Virus record (IMG/VR): IMGVR_UViG_3300009175_000009
Span: 1 to 48,523 of that record
Reading direction: 5' to 3' (one strand)
DNA: 48,523 nucleotides
Origin: a virus
Lineage: Duplodnaviria; Heunggongvirae; Uroviricota; Caudoviricetes
Shown: piece after piece, positions 9,664 to 17,893 of the stretch
Layout of the letters: each line of letters starts with the position of its first letter
How positions within the stretch are numbered: position 1 is the first letter of the stretch
Notes under the pieces: model-generated
Told to the model about the DNA's origin: nothing
Seen by the model: the letters and a program-made list of their open reading frames with translations, nothing else
The model's database searches: none
Translations under genes and position numbers: made by a program

Positions 9664-10141
9664 CTTTGGGCTCCTCGGTTTTGCCGTAGTACTGATCCTG
9701 CTCGGCCTCGGTCATATCATGAACGTGGATGGGCGTGGCCGAGGTGATATCCCACGTCCAGTCGCCGCTGCCGACAACCTTCAGTTGGCATGGTCCGTCA
9801 CGGTGTAGGGTCTCGTGGCCGGCAATATCGGCTTCGTCTCCGTCCGTGGGCACAACGTCGGGGCCTGTGGGCTGCGGGGCAACGGTGGGCGTCCACTTGA
9901 AGCTATCGTAGAACGGGGCCAGCGTGCCCGGAACACGGCGATACACGCCGATCAGCCGCCCGCCGTCCTCAAAGCTCTCGACATACTCGTGCAGTTCGGT
10001 AGCGGCTTCAGGACCATCGCAGTAGAACAGCCGCACGTCGCCGATGATCAAAGCCAGGCCGATCCATTCGCAGTTGGGATCGAAGTCGTAGCTGATGCCT
10101 TTGTATGTGCGGTCTTGACCGCGAACATGAATGCTTCTCAT
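9656..10141 (-). CDS. Hypothetical protein
   Basis: Start at MRSIHV, coupled to the upstream stop codon. Confidence 0.55.
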   Translation of the reverse strand: MRSIHVRGQDRTYKGISYDFDPNCEWIGLALIIGDVRLFYCDGPEAATELHEYVESFEDGGRLIGVYRRVPGTLAPFYDSFKWTPTVAPQPTGPDVVPTDGDEADIAGHETLHRDGPCQLKVVGSGDWTWDITSATPIHVHDMTEAEQDQYYGKTEEPKDE

Positions 10142-10142
10142 A

Positions 10143-10532
10143 TCAGTCGATTTCCTCTCCGGTAAAGTGCTTAGTGCAGTACGGGCACGTCCAGTCCGCA
10201 CCGAGGGGCCGGTTGACGAACGGGTCGCCTTCCATCGGGCAGCAGAACTCGCAGCCCGAGTATGCTGCGGGACGACCGTGGCAGACACTGGCTTCAGCAC
10301 CGTGGCGGACACCGGCTTCAGCACCGTGAGCAAACGCCACCAGTGTATGAATCCAGTCGCGGCTAATCGGCCTGCCAGTGTTGCGAACGGCAGTGATATC
10401 GATACCGTTGCCGCCGTTACGTGCGACCTTAGCGAACGTCATATCGGTATATGTACGCCGCAGGGCGTTCAGGGTGGATTCGGTGACGGCGTCGTTGCCG
10501 CCGTTGTAAATAGTGATCGGGGGTCGCGGCAT
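10143..10532 (-). CDS. Hypothetical protein with C-terminal CxxC pairs
   Basis: CEFCC and CPYC zinc-ribbon-like motifs; short HGAEA repeat. Confidence 0.55.
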   Translation of the reverse strand: MPRPPITIYNGGNDAVTESTLNALRRTYTDMTFAKVARNGGNGIDITAVRNTGRPISRDWIHTLVAFAHGAEAGVRHGAEASVCHGRPAAYSGCEFCCPMEGDPFVNRPLGADWTCPYCTKHFTGEEID

Positions 10533-10535
10533 GGT

Positions 10536-10703
10536 TTATCCTTTCAGGTATCCGAGATCGTCCTTGGGCCAGTCGTGGCGGGCATACAGGGCTTGCCACC
10601 AAGCCGCCGCCTCCTTCTCGTCGGCGGGCTTGGGCTTCCAGCACTTGTCGCACGAACAATTCACCGCAGCGTGGCGTTCGGGCTTCTGTTTGTTCTTGGG
10701 CAT
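10536..10703 (-). CDS. Small hypothetical protein
   Basis: 55 aa, GAAAGGA RBS, first gene after the sigma54-like motif at 10726. Confidence 0.55.
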   Translation of the reverse strand: MPKNKQKPERHAAVNCSCDKCWKPKPADEKEAAAWWQALYARHDWPKDDLGYLKG

Positions 10704-10725
10704 GATACGGTTCCTTTCGGTATCC

Positions 10726-10746
10726 GTATCATGCAATCGCCGTGCC
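10726..10746 (-). promoter_or_regulatory. Sigma54-type -24/-12 motif
   Basis: GGCACGGCGATTGCATGATAC. Confidence 0.75.
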
Positions 10747-10753
10747 CGTCGAA

Positions 10754-11002
10754 TCAAACCTCGTCGCGGATTCGCAGGTAGGTCGGGAACCGAGGCACTC
10801 CGTCGTCGGTCAGTTCTTGGTAGCGGAAGGTGATCACGGTGCCGACCGGGAATCGGGACTCTTCGCGTTGTACGTCGTCGAACCCGCTGCCGACCGAGAA
10901 CTCTTTACCGTTCGTCGCCCGGCATCGCAGGGCACCGAGGCGTCCGCGATGGCGGCCCTTGCCCGCGACGTAGCCGATTACCGTAGCCTCGGCGTCGTGG
11001 GT
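10754..11002 (-). pseudogene. Remnant C-terminal OB-fold domain of a second ATP-dependent DNA ligase, in frame with the HNH 3' part
   Basis: HDAEATVIGYVAGKGRHRGRLGA...FSVGSGF...YQELTDDGVPRFPTYLR is clearly homologous to the C-terminus of 11675-12697. Confidence 0.8.
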
Positions 11003-11584
11003 TAGCCATGTTCTACCGTGTAGGACGTGCTGCACCGCACCCTTGCTCACGTCAAGTTCTGTTGCGATTTCTCGAATCAACCACCCGATTCCGCGTAGTC
11101 TCCATACTTCATGAATATCGTCTTCTGTCAGTTTTGACCGGCAGTGCTGCTCGCCCCTGGGCATTCGACCTTTGGAAACAGCATCTCGAATATTGTCTTC
11201 TTGTGATCCTAAAAACAGGTGGTCGGGACGGCAGCACCCACGGTTATCACAATGATGACAGACACTCTGGCCTTCCGGTATAGGACCGTGGGTTATGATC
11301 CATGCCGCCACATGCGGTCCGTACCCCGCGAACTTGCAACTCTCCATAGCCCGTGCTTCCGTGACCACCGAGCCATTCCCAGCAGCTAGTGGCATCGTCT
11401 ACTTTTGCAACGCGAGACCATAGACGGTCTGCGAGACTAGCCTCCCGATCTCCGATCAAAATCGCTAGCGGGTCACCGTGTGTTTTCCATCGCAGGTAGT
11501 GCTTTCGGCACCAACCGCGAGCTAGATGCACGTTCGGTTCGCTTGACCCAGTGTCTGACGTTCGCTAGATTTACGTTTAGCCAT
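11003..11584 (-). pseudogene. Frameshifted HNH homing endonuclease
   Basis: ARGWCRKHY and CWEW...GYG lie in one frame; HVAAW...GPIPEG..VCHHCDNRGCCRPDHLFLGSQEDN lies in another (ACCGCATGTG, consistent with a 2-nt deletion from ACC GCA CAT GTG). The ATG frame at 11584 stops after 20 codons. Confidence 0.75.
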
Positions 11585-11649
11585 GACTGCACTTCTACTG
11601 CATGTTGTGGATAGAACAGCCTGGAGGTTGGCCCCTCCAGGCTGTTTGT

Positions 11650-11678
11650 ATTCTAGCCCAACTTGCGGAAAGCGTCAA
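11650..11678 (-). promoter_or_regulatory. Sigma70-like promoter of the HNH pseudogene
   Basis: TTGACG-N17-TAGAAT, followed by a 13-bp hairpin at 11615-11646. Confidence 0.7.
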
Positions 11679-12697
11679 GCTTGGTTTTCCGCCATTCGTA
11701 AGAACGTAGGAAAGCGTGGAACTCCTCGGTCGGTCAACTCTTGATAGCTGTAAGTGATGCGGCTGCCGATAGTCGGTGGGTTCGACCGCTGTTCGTCTGA
11801 AAAACCAGACCCGACCGAAAACGTCTGGCCGTCTGGCATCTCGCAAATCACTGCACCCATCACGCCTCGGTGCCTGCCCTTGCCCTGGGTGATACCGACG
11901 ACTCTGGCTTCCATATCATGTCGGGTCTTCACCTTCAGGAGGGTCGTGCTGCGGCGGGCTTCGTACTTCGACTTGGGCTTGCGAAGCATCAAACCTTCCG
12001 CACCCTGAGCTTCGACCGAGGCGAGGTGCTGCCGCAGGTGTTCTTCGCCCTTGCAGCGAACCTGTCGAACCACCTGGGCCGGTCCTTCGCCTTGGACGAC
12101 CTCGCGGAGGTATTCGTACCGTTCCTCAAACTCGCCGCCGTGCTTGGGGGCGTCGAAGACCATGTACTTGATCTGATGCCATTCCTCGCCGGGGTTCAGG
12201 CGACGGACGATGCTCATGGTTTCCTGAAACCGCTTGCGTCCGAGCCAAAGTTCGCCGTCCAGACAGACGTTCTTGGGCATCGCGTCTTTGAACCACTGCG
12301 GGGCGTGGAATTCGTTGCCCAGGCGGCTTATGAACTTCTTGCCGTCCCACCAAGCCCGAACCCCGTCGAGCTTCTCGCTCATGTGCCATCCAGTCGGATC
12401 TTGGACACCGTCCCACTTTTCGGCCAACAGTACGGGCGGGGCTTCGACCGTTGGTTTTTCGATAGCAGGCCGTAACGTAGTACTTGCGATTGATGCAGTA
12501 GCCAAACCAAGACGTTCGTTTTCGGAAGCTTCACCTCGGAATTTCTTCAGGTGCTTGCACGTCCTCTGGTCTGGATGCAGATGTTGGTTTCTCCAGGACG
12601 GACAGGAGCAACTGTAGGCCCCGTTCGTGTTCTTAAGGATGTACGGGTTTTTACCCGATCCTTGCATGGTAGTTGATTCGCCGTTTTTCAAGTTCAT
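11675..12697 (-). CDS. lig: ATP-dependent DNA ligase with N-terminal SWIM-type zinc finger
   Basis: Motif I SEKLDGVRAWWDG, LDGELW, YMVFDAP, EGLMLR, LLKVK, OB-fold PRFPTF; CSCPSW...CKH zinc finger. Confidence 0.92.
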   Translation of the reverse strand: MNLKNGESTTMQGSGKNPYILKNTNGAYSCSCPSWRNQHLHPDQRTCKHLKKFRGEASENERLGLATASIASTTLRPAIEKPTVEAPPVLLAEKWDGVQDPTGWHMSEKLDGVRAWWDGKKFISRLGNEFHAPQWFKDAMPKNVCLDGELWLGRKRFQETMSIVRRLNPGEEWHQIKYMVFDAPKHGGEFEERYEYLREVVQGEGPAQVVRQVRCKGEEHLRQHLASVEAQGAEGLMLRKPKSKYEARRSTTLLKVKTRHDMEARVVGITQGKGRHRGVMGAVICEMPDGQTFSVGSGFSDEQRSNPPTIGSRITYSYQELTDRGVPRFPTFLRMAENQA

Positions 12698-12732
12698 GGT
12701 TAAGTTCCTTGGAGTTTGTGTTTCCGTAGGCT

Positions 12733-12753
12733 ACATCATGCATCTTACGTGCC
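12733..12753 (-). promoter_or_regulatory. Sigma54-type motif overlapping an HEG stop codon, upstream of the ligase
   Basis: GGCACGTAAGATGCATGATGT. Confidence 0.7.
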
Positions 12754-13395
12754 AATATTTTGAATTCGACGGCGTATCAGAAGCGGCTTGCGGCCTGAAC
12801 TCATTTTGGGCATGGATAGGGCAATTTCGACTCCGTGTTTTTGAATACGTTCACGAAGCGTTCCCCAGGAAATTCCTATGCGTCGTGCCCATTCCGTTAG
12901 ACTGGCTGTTTGACCATTGTAAGTTAGCGGGGCTTTCCGAATTTCAGTGCGAAAGGCACGATGTGGGTCAACGTGCAGGCGGATATTCACAGCTTCCTTT
13001 GTAATGCCAAGACGACGTGCCCAGCCAGGAGCCGATAAGGTAATTCCGTCGTAAGTGTACATGGCCTTACGACGGTTGCCCTGCTGTTCCAGCCATGTGG
13101 CCCAGCGGCAGTTTTCTGGACAGTAGTTGCCGTCGTTATCGGGGTAGCGATCAATACTATGGCCGGGCGACGGGCGAGGCCCTATGTCGGCTAGGAAATT
13201 ATCGAATGACTCGATCCAACGATCACAGACGCGAATTCCTCGACCACCGTAGTTTGCGTATTCACGGCGGTTCGAGTTGTAGCATCTCTGTAGCATGCCA
13301 GTCCAAATACTGTATTCAGTTGGATACTGAGATCGTCGTGTAGATCGCCTGTATTTTCTTCGGACGTTTTCAACGCTAGAATGGCTTTTAGCCAT
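12745..13395 (-). CDS. HNH-like homing endonuclease with two C-terminal DNA-binding repeats
   Basis: WTGMLQRCYN...YGGRGIRVCDRW..SFDNF...SIDR..NDGNYCPENCRWAT; TYxG...WARRxGI occurs twice. Confidence 0.85.
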   Translation of the reverse strand: MAKSHSSVENVRRKYRRSTRRSQYPTEYSIWTGMLQRCYNSNRREYANYGGRGIRVCDRWIESFDNFLADIGPRPSPGHSIDRYPDNDGNYCPENCRWATWLEQQGNRRKAMYTYDGITLSAPGWARRLGITKEAVNIRLHVDPHRAFRTEIRKAPLTYNGQTASLTEWARRIGISWGTLRERIQKHGVEIALSMPKMSSGRKPLLIRRRIQNIGT

Positions 13396-13457
13396 GACAG
13401 CCTCTGTAATAGGTTGTAGTGGTGAACGGTCAAGGTATAGGCACCTTGACCGTTCTT

Positions 13458-13486
13458 ATTCTAGCACGACCCCGTCTAACTTTCAA
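13458..13486 (-). promoter_or_regulatory. Sigma70-like promoter of HEG 12745-13395
   Basis: TTGAAA-N17-TAGAAT, followed by a 13-bp hairpin at 13424-13455. Confidence 0.7.
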
Positions 13487-13490
13487 GTGC

Positions 13491-13883
13491 TCACAATTCC
13501 CAACTTGGTCGTTCGATATCGGGCGTCCATTTCTCGGCCAGCAGGCAGGGCAGGTCGCCTGCAACCCCGACCGCTACGGGGGCCGCTGAGCGGCTCACGC
13601 GGGCTACCGAGCGTCGTGCGGCTGAAACTGCGACCGGGGCTGCTACGGCGGCGGGTGCTACCTGTACGGCGACCTGCTGGCCCAGGCGGGCCAGTTCTGC
13701 GGCGACTCCGCGAAGGGCCTTGATATGCTTGCAGGTTCGCATATCGGGGTGCAGGTGTTGGTTCCGCCACGCGGGGCAAGAACAGCTATACACGCCGTGA
13801 ACGTTCTTGATCTGGTAGGGCTCGCGGGCCGAACCCTGAACATAGGCGACTTCGCCGTCTGCGAGGTTTCGGAAGGCTGGCAT
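13491..13883 (-). CDS. Truncated DNA ligase N-terminal (SWIM zinc finger) fragment
   Basis: YSCSCPAWRNQHLHPDMRTCKH and LLAEKW match the ligase at 11675-12697. Homology stops before the adenylation motif, then ERPSWEL*. Confidence 0.8.
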   Translation of the reverse strand: MPAFRNLADGEVAYVQGSAREPYQIKNVHGVYSCSCPAWRNQHLHPDMRTCKHIKALRGVAAELARLGQQVAVQVAPAAVAAPVAVSAARRSVARVSRSAAPVAVGVAGDLPCLLAEKWTPDIERPSWEL

Positions 13884-13948
13884 GGTACTTTCCTTCGGTT
13901 GGGTGGCCGGGCCGCGTGGGGCCGGCAGGGTGTATTTTTCTACCGACC

Positions 13949-13969
13949 ATATCATGCGAACGCCGTGCC
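13949..13969 (-). promoter_or_regulatory. Sigma54-type motif (leftward member of a divergent pair)
   Basis: GGCACGGCGTTCGCATGATAT. Confidence 0.78.
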
Positions 13970-14066
13970 AGGCCGCATTAAAACCAGACACGTAATATGG
14001 TGGGCCGGGCGGAGCGGAAACGGGCAAAACGGGCCGGATTTAGGCCAATACGAATTCTGATTCACT

Positions 14067-14087
14067 GGCACGCCGTTCGCATGATAT
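14067..14087 (+). promoter_or_regulatory. Sigma54-type motif (rightward member of a divergent pair)
   Basis: GGCACGCCGTTCGCATGATAT. Confidence 0.78.
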
Positions 14088-14156
14088 GCCCCGTAGAAAA
14101 CACGAACCCGCCGAGGCAGGCACCCCGCCCGCCGAGGCCCAACCAAGGAAAAAGCC

Positions 14157-14852
14157 ATGCCCGCTACGATTAGAAGCTTTCTGGACACGCAGTTACACGC
14201 CGGCTGCAACATCATCAGCCTTGCCTACATCAGCAAGAAGACAGCAGGCGACGGCCTTTTGCAAAAGAGCCGAGCGACCGGCCAGCCGACCTCCGAGGTT
14301 TATCTGATGGGGGTGCAGCGTGAGGCCCAAGGTCGGTTTTTCCTGGGGTTCGACTACGCCAAGAACGTCGACGCCCAGCGGGAACGCGAGGGCAAAGCCG
14401 GCGACCCCTACGTGGTCGAGGGCCTGTGGTGCGACAAGGACGGCAACGCCAAGGGCCGCCACTTTGCCGACTACCCCAGCTTGGTTTTCCACGTTGACCG
14501 GCCCGCCAGCGAGTACCTTTACACGCGACCGTACCAGGACAAACAGGGGAGGATTCAGAAAGAGTACAGCGTGTGGCGGGATATCGCTACCCAGCGGATC
14601 CTGACCGCCGAAGAGGTGGCCGACCTCAAGGCCAACTACCTGCCCAAGGTCAGCCCGAGCAAGAAGCAGGATTTGGCGAAGGAAATCCCGGTGCGGGTTT
14701 TCAAACTGGAAACCATGTTCGCCCTCAAGGTCAAGGGCAAGGGCGAGTGGGTTTACCTTACCGAAGACCGCCCGAGCCGAGCCGAGCGAGTTGTGGCCCG
14801 CCGCCGCATGCAAACCGCCAACGCCGAACTTCGGCCCACCTGGGAAATCTGA
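14157..14852 (+). CDS. Hypothetical protein (ends LRPTWEI)
   Basis: 231 aa, AAGGA RBS, first gene after the sigma54-like motif at 14067. Confidence 0.65.
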   Translation: MPATIRSFLDTQLHAGCNIISLAYISKKTAGDGLLQKSRATGQPTSEVYLMGVQREAQGRFFLGFDYAKNVDAQREREGKAGDPYVVEGLWCDKDGNAKGRHFADYPSLVFHVDRPASEYLYTRPYQDKQGRIQKEYSVWRDIATQRILTAEEVADLKANYLPKVSPSKKQDLAKEIPVRVFKLETMFALKVKGKGEWVYLTEDRPSRAERVVARRRMQTANAELRPTWEI

Positions 14853-14854
14853 GG

Positions 14855-14881
14855 TTGACCTCGGGCTAGACAAACTATAAT
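14855..14881 (+). promoter_or_regulatory. Sigma70-like promoter of the EndoVII HEG
   Basis: TTGACC-N15-TATAAT (short spacer). Confidence 0.55.
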
Positions 14882-14885
14882 ACTA

Positions 14886-14972
14886 GTGTTGTCAGCACAT
14901 ACCCCAAACACCCCCGTCCCGCAGAGGCTCTGCATCTTCTAGATGCTGTGCTGACAACACCTGCGGGGCGGG
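14886..14972 (+). ncRNA. Pseudoknot leader RNA, copy 1
   Basis: P1 GTGTTGTCAGCACA (14886-99) pairs with 14947-60; P2 CCCGTCCCGCAG (14913-24) pairs with CTGCGGGGCGGG (14961-72). Confidence 0.7.
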
Positions 14973-14989
14973 CTTTTAATTCAACGATC

Positions 14990-15664
14990 ATGCCGTACAA
15001 AAACCCTGCCGACAAAAAGGCGAATGACGCACGACGTGCGGCGGCTATCCTTGCTGACCCTGTTCAACGGGAGAGACGCAATGCACGGCATTGTAAGAAC
15101 TATGCCCGCCTCAAAAAGAACTCATCTTGGTGTAGGAAACGAGCCGAGGATTCGCACCGCCGCAACCAAACCAAATACTACGCTGATGTGGCGGCATCCC
15201 GCAAGCTCGTGCGGGAGCGGTTATCGCAAATGCGGGTGGCCAACACAGGCAATATCAACGGAAAAACCAAGGCGTATCGCCAACAGCACCGGAAGCAAAT
15301 CAACGCCAGTACCAAGGCATGGCTGGTGGCCCATCCTGAACGGGCCAAAGCGTACCGGCGGGCGGCACATCTTCAGGCAAAATATAAGATGACCCACAAA
15401 ACATACGAGGAGATGTTTAACGCTCAGGGTGGCGTATGTGCTGCGTGCGGTCAGCCTGAAACAAGTAAACGGCTAGGAGTGATTCGGCACATGCACGTCG
15501 ATCACGACCACGCCACCGGCAAGGTGCGAGCCCTATTGTGCCACAGATGTAATTCCGCCCTTGGACTTCTCAAGGACGACCGAACACTGGTGGCTAACCT
15601 GCTACTCTACATCAGCAAGTACCAACCCGTCACCCGCCGAAGAATTCAAACTGTTGGCACATGA
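14990..15664 (+). CDS. Endonuclease VII-family (His-Me finger) homing endonuclease
   Basis: QGGVCAACG...HVDHDHATGKVRALLCHRCNSALGLLKD; basic helical N-terminus. Confidence 0.85.
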   Translation: MPYKNPADKKANDARRAAAILADPVQRERRNARHCKNYARLKKNSSWCRKRAEDSHRRNQTKYYADVAASRKLVRERLSQMRVANTGNINGKTKAYRQQHRKQINASTKAWLVAHPERAKAYRRAAHLQAKYKMTHKTYEEMFNAQGGVCAACGQPETSKRLGVIRHMHVDHDHATGKVRALLCHRCNSALGLLKDDRTLVANLLLYISKYQPVTRRRIQTVGT

Positions 15665-15676
15665 CGTGCATGATAC
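15656..15676 (+). promoter_or_regulatory. Sigma54-type motif overlapping an HEG stop codon
   Basis: GGCACATGACGTGCATGATAC. Confidence 0.7.
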
Positions 15677-15698
15677 GACCAGCGAAAGGAACTGAATT

Positions 15699-15893
15699 AT
15701 GAGAATTAGAAGACCAGCAGTCGAATGCCCAAACTGGTGCCCGTACAAGACCTATACGTGGACGACCAAACAACTGGCCGCGTGGTATCTCAAGTATGGC
15801 GAATGGTGCCAGTACGATGGCCGTGTGTGGGTGCCCGTGACGAAACGTCTCGGTGGCGGAGTAGTGAGTGTCAGATTCAAGGAGAAGGTGTAG
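15699..15893 (+). CDS. Hypothetical protein
   Basis: 64 aa, GAAGGA RBS, downstream of a sigma54-like motif. Confidence 0.55.
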   Translation: MRIRRPAVECPNWCPYKTYTWTTKQLAAWYLKYGEWCQYDGRVWVPVTKRLGGGVVSVRFKEKV

Positions 15894-15896
15894 GCT

Positions 15897-16151
15897 ATGA
15901 ACGTCGGTGACATATTCTACAACACGCAGGACGAGCCATCACTGCCCGGCGTTCCGCCGTTCAAGAAGGGATTCTACAAGGTCATCAGCATCCGCGACAG
16001 CCTGCTCCTGCGACACCTGAAACCGCACCAGCGGCGGATGTACGAAATCCGCCGTTGCACCAAGAACGGTGGCAAACTGATGAAGTACCACAACGACTGG
16101 TGCTGTACGAAGCTCGACGCGTGGTTGGCGTCCGGTCGGCTACAGCAATAA
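15897..16151 (+). CDS. Hypothetical protein
   Basis: 84 aa, tightly packed. Confidence 0.55.
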   Translation: MNVGDIFYNTQDEPSLPGVPPFKKGFYKVISIRDSLLLRHLKPHQRRMYEIRRCTKNGGKLMKYHNDWCCTKLDAWLASGRLQQ

Positions 16152-16159
16152 ATACGAAC

Positions 16160-16180
16160 GGCACGCCGGTTGCATGATAA
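16160..16180 (+). promoter_or_regulatory. Sigma54-type motif
   Basis: GGCACGCCGGTTGCATGATAA. Confidence 0.78.
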
Positions 16181-16309
16181 GACCGGCATACGAAACAACA
16201 GCCGCTCAATAAGCGGAATGCGGGTGCAGGTCTCGTAGACCTGCACCCTGCGGATACAAGAGGCGACGGTCGGCGGGCGGTGAAGTCCTCACCGCCTGGG
16301 CCACCACGG

Positions 16310-16337
16310 TTGACGTAGCGAGTAGATCAGCTAGACT
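16310..16337 (+). promoter_or_regulatory. Sigma70-like promoter of the HNH-AP2 HEG
   Basis: TTGACG-N16-TAGACT. Confidence 0.6.
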
Positions 16338-16344
16338 AACGTTA

Positions 16345-16437
16345 GTCGGTTGACCTTGCACTTGGCCGACGAGCTTTGATTCATTTACGCCCAACCCGTC
16401 TCACGTCACTCGCAAGGTCAAACGTGGGGCGGGTTGG
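16345..16437 (+). ncRNA. Pseudoknot leader RNA, copy 2
   Basis: P1 TTGACCTTGC (16350-59) with GCAAGGTCAA (16412-21); P2 16391-406 with 16422-37. Confidence 0.75.
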
Positions 16438-16455
16438 TGTCGTTAGGATCATATC

Positions 16456-16977
16456 ATGCCGGAAAGACGCAGAATAACGAGCGTGCGGTTCATACCGCTG
16501 ACGCAGGGCCGGTTTGCTATCGTGGATGCAGCCGATTACGAATGGCTGACGCGATTCAGCAAGTGGTGCTACAACGGAACCAAAGGCTATGCCGTCAGCA
16601 GCCTAGTTCGCCGGTTGTCTCGGGCCGGCGAATCGTATCAGATGCACCAGATCATTATGCGGGCTCCTCCCGGCGTAAGCCCAGACCATAAGAATGGCAA
16701 CAAGCTCGATAACCGCCGCAGCAATCTGCGGCTGGCCAACGGTACGCAGAATATGGCCAACCGCGATCTACAGAGCAACAACACGACCGGCTACAAAGGT
16801 GTAGTTAGGCATCGTGGTAAATTCCGAGCCCGCATCGGCGATGGACTTCGCAAGGGTGGTCGGCATCTTGGCATATTCTTGACCGTTGAAGAAGCAGCTT
16901 TGGCCTACAACACGGCGGCTGTTGAAATGTACGGTGAGTTCGCTTGTTTGAATTCGGTTGGCACGCGATTCGCATGA
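16456..16977 (+). CDS. HNH-AP2 homing endonuclease
   Basis: IPLTQGRFAIVD...DHKNGNKLDNRRSNLRLA; C-terminal AP2-like YKGV...FRARI...HLGIF...EEAALAYN. Confidence 0.88.
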   Translation: MPERRRITSVRFIPLTQGRFAIVDAADYEWLTRFSKWCYNGTKGYAVSSLVRRLSRAGESYQMHQIIMRAPPGVSPDHKNGNKLDNRRSNLRLANGTQNMANRDLQSNNTTGYKGVVRHRGKFRARIGDGLRKGGRHLGIFLTVEEAALAYNTAAVEMYGEFACLNSVGTRFA

Positions 16978-16980
16978 TAC
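16960..16980 (+). promoter_or_regulatory. Sigma54-type motif overlapping an HEG stop codon
   Basis: GGCACGCGATTCGCATGATAC. Confidence 0.75.
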
Positions 16981-17103
16981 TTCCATCGTAAACGGTCAGC
17001 GTAAATCCTGCGGGCTCCCAAGCCTTCGGGCAGCAAAACAAGGTGGGCATACCCCACCGAATACGCTGACCGCCGCTCAAACCAGCAGCGAAGGAATGCT
17101 AGA

Positions 17104-17322
17104 ATGTCTGAACGAGAAAAAAACGCCTGGAACGAGATCGACGAACAAGCCGCCCGCGAGGGTTCGGCCCGCCGCCGCGAGTTTCACCACCACTTCACCG
17201 CCGCCGCGACGTCGCGGGGCATTGGTGTCCACAGTACTTCAATGGGCAAGAGCCGAGGCATGGCCAGCCGACCCGCTTCGGGCCGATTCGACCGCCTCGT
17301 CCAGCACACCCGAGCAGCCTGA
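17104..17322 (+). CDS. Hypothetical protein
   Basis: 72 aa, GAAGGA RBS. Confidence 0.45.
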   Translation: MSEREKNAWNEIDEQAAREGSARRREFHHHFTAAATSRGIGVHSTSMGKSRGMASRPASGRFDRLVQHTRAA

Positions 17323-17340
17323 ACCGAAAGGTAACCAACC

Positions 17341-17529
17341 ATGAAGAACCGACCCACAGTAATGACCGACAGCGGCGTATCCGTTGTTCTGGTTCCCTTG
17401 CCACACGGCCAGTTCGCGGTGAACCGCGTCTACAAGGGCAAGACCGACCGTATCGGCTACGTCGCCGTGCAGGGAAACAGCCCGTGCTGGCCCTGCGGCG
17501 AGACCTTGTGCCGCCCACGTCGCCGGTAG
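17341..17529 (+). CDS. Hypothetical protein
   Basis: 62 aa in the operon. Confidence 0.5.
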   Translation: MKNRPTVMTDSGVSVVLVPLPHGQFAVNRVYKGKTDRIGYVAVQGNSPCWPCGETLCRPRRR

Positions 17530-17629
17530 CCCGCCTCGCTGTCGAGGCAATGTCGCAGCGATTCAGCGAGCCACCTCCCCGCGAGTTGCACGGCCCCGAA
17601 AACGGCCCCGAAGATGATGGAGACGCACC

Positions 17630-17893
17630 GTGCTAACCGTCGAACTCAAACACGAACGAGCGAAGGGCCGAACCGCCGAGGTCGCCACCCTCCGCGAAGC
17701 ATCCGAGACCGTTCGCCTATACATCAGCTACTTTAGCCTTGGGAACGGCAACTGGCAGGGCGGGCTGGTACGCCAGAACGGCAAGCGGAAGTACATGATC
17801 TCTTACAATGGTCGTGTCTGGAAGTATGAGCCGAAAGGCTGGACGAACACGACGCCTGAAATCACTGGTGAAGAACTGGACAAACCATTATGA
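17630..17893 (+). CDS. Hypothetical protein
   Basis: 87 aa, GGAG RBS, GTG start. Confidence 0.55.
   Translation: MLTVELKHERAKGRTAEVATLREASETVRLYISYFSLGNGNWQGGLVRQNGKRKYMISYNGRVWKYEPKGWTNTTPEITGEELDKPL

Noticed and set aside
10142-10333. N-terminal extension of ORF 9656-10333 with repeated TVLKPVSA
   Set aside because: It is the alternative-frame reading of the HGAEA repeat in the overlapping gene 10143-10532.
11003-13490. Introns splicing the outer ligase fragments together
   Set aside because: Joining the outer pieces would lack the adenylation domain, and no intron core elements were seen.
14886-14972. Pseudoknot leaders as HDV-like/theta ribozymes
   Set aside because: Strand order is similar, but P1 is too long, three copies lack P3/L3, and there is no P1.1/P4/J4-2 segment with a catalytic C between the P1 and P2 3' strands.
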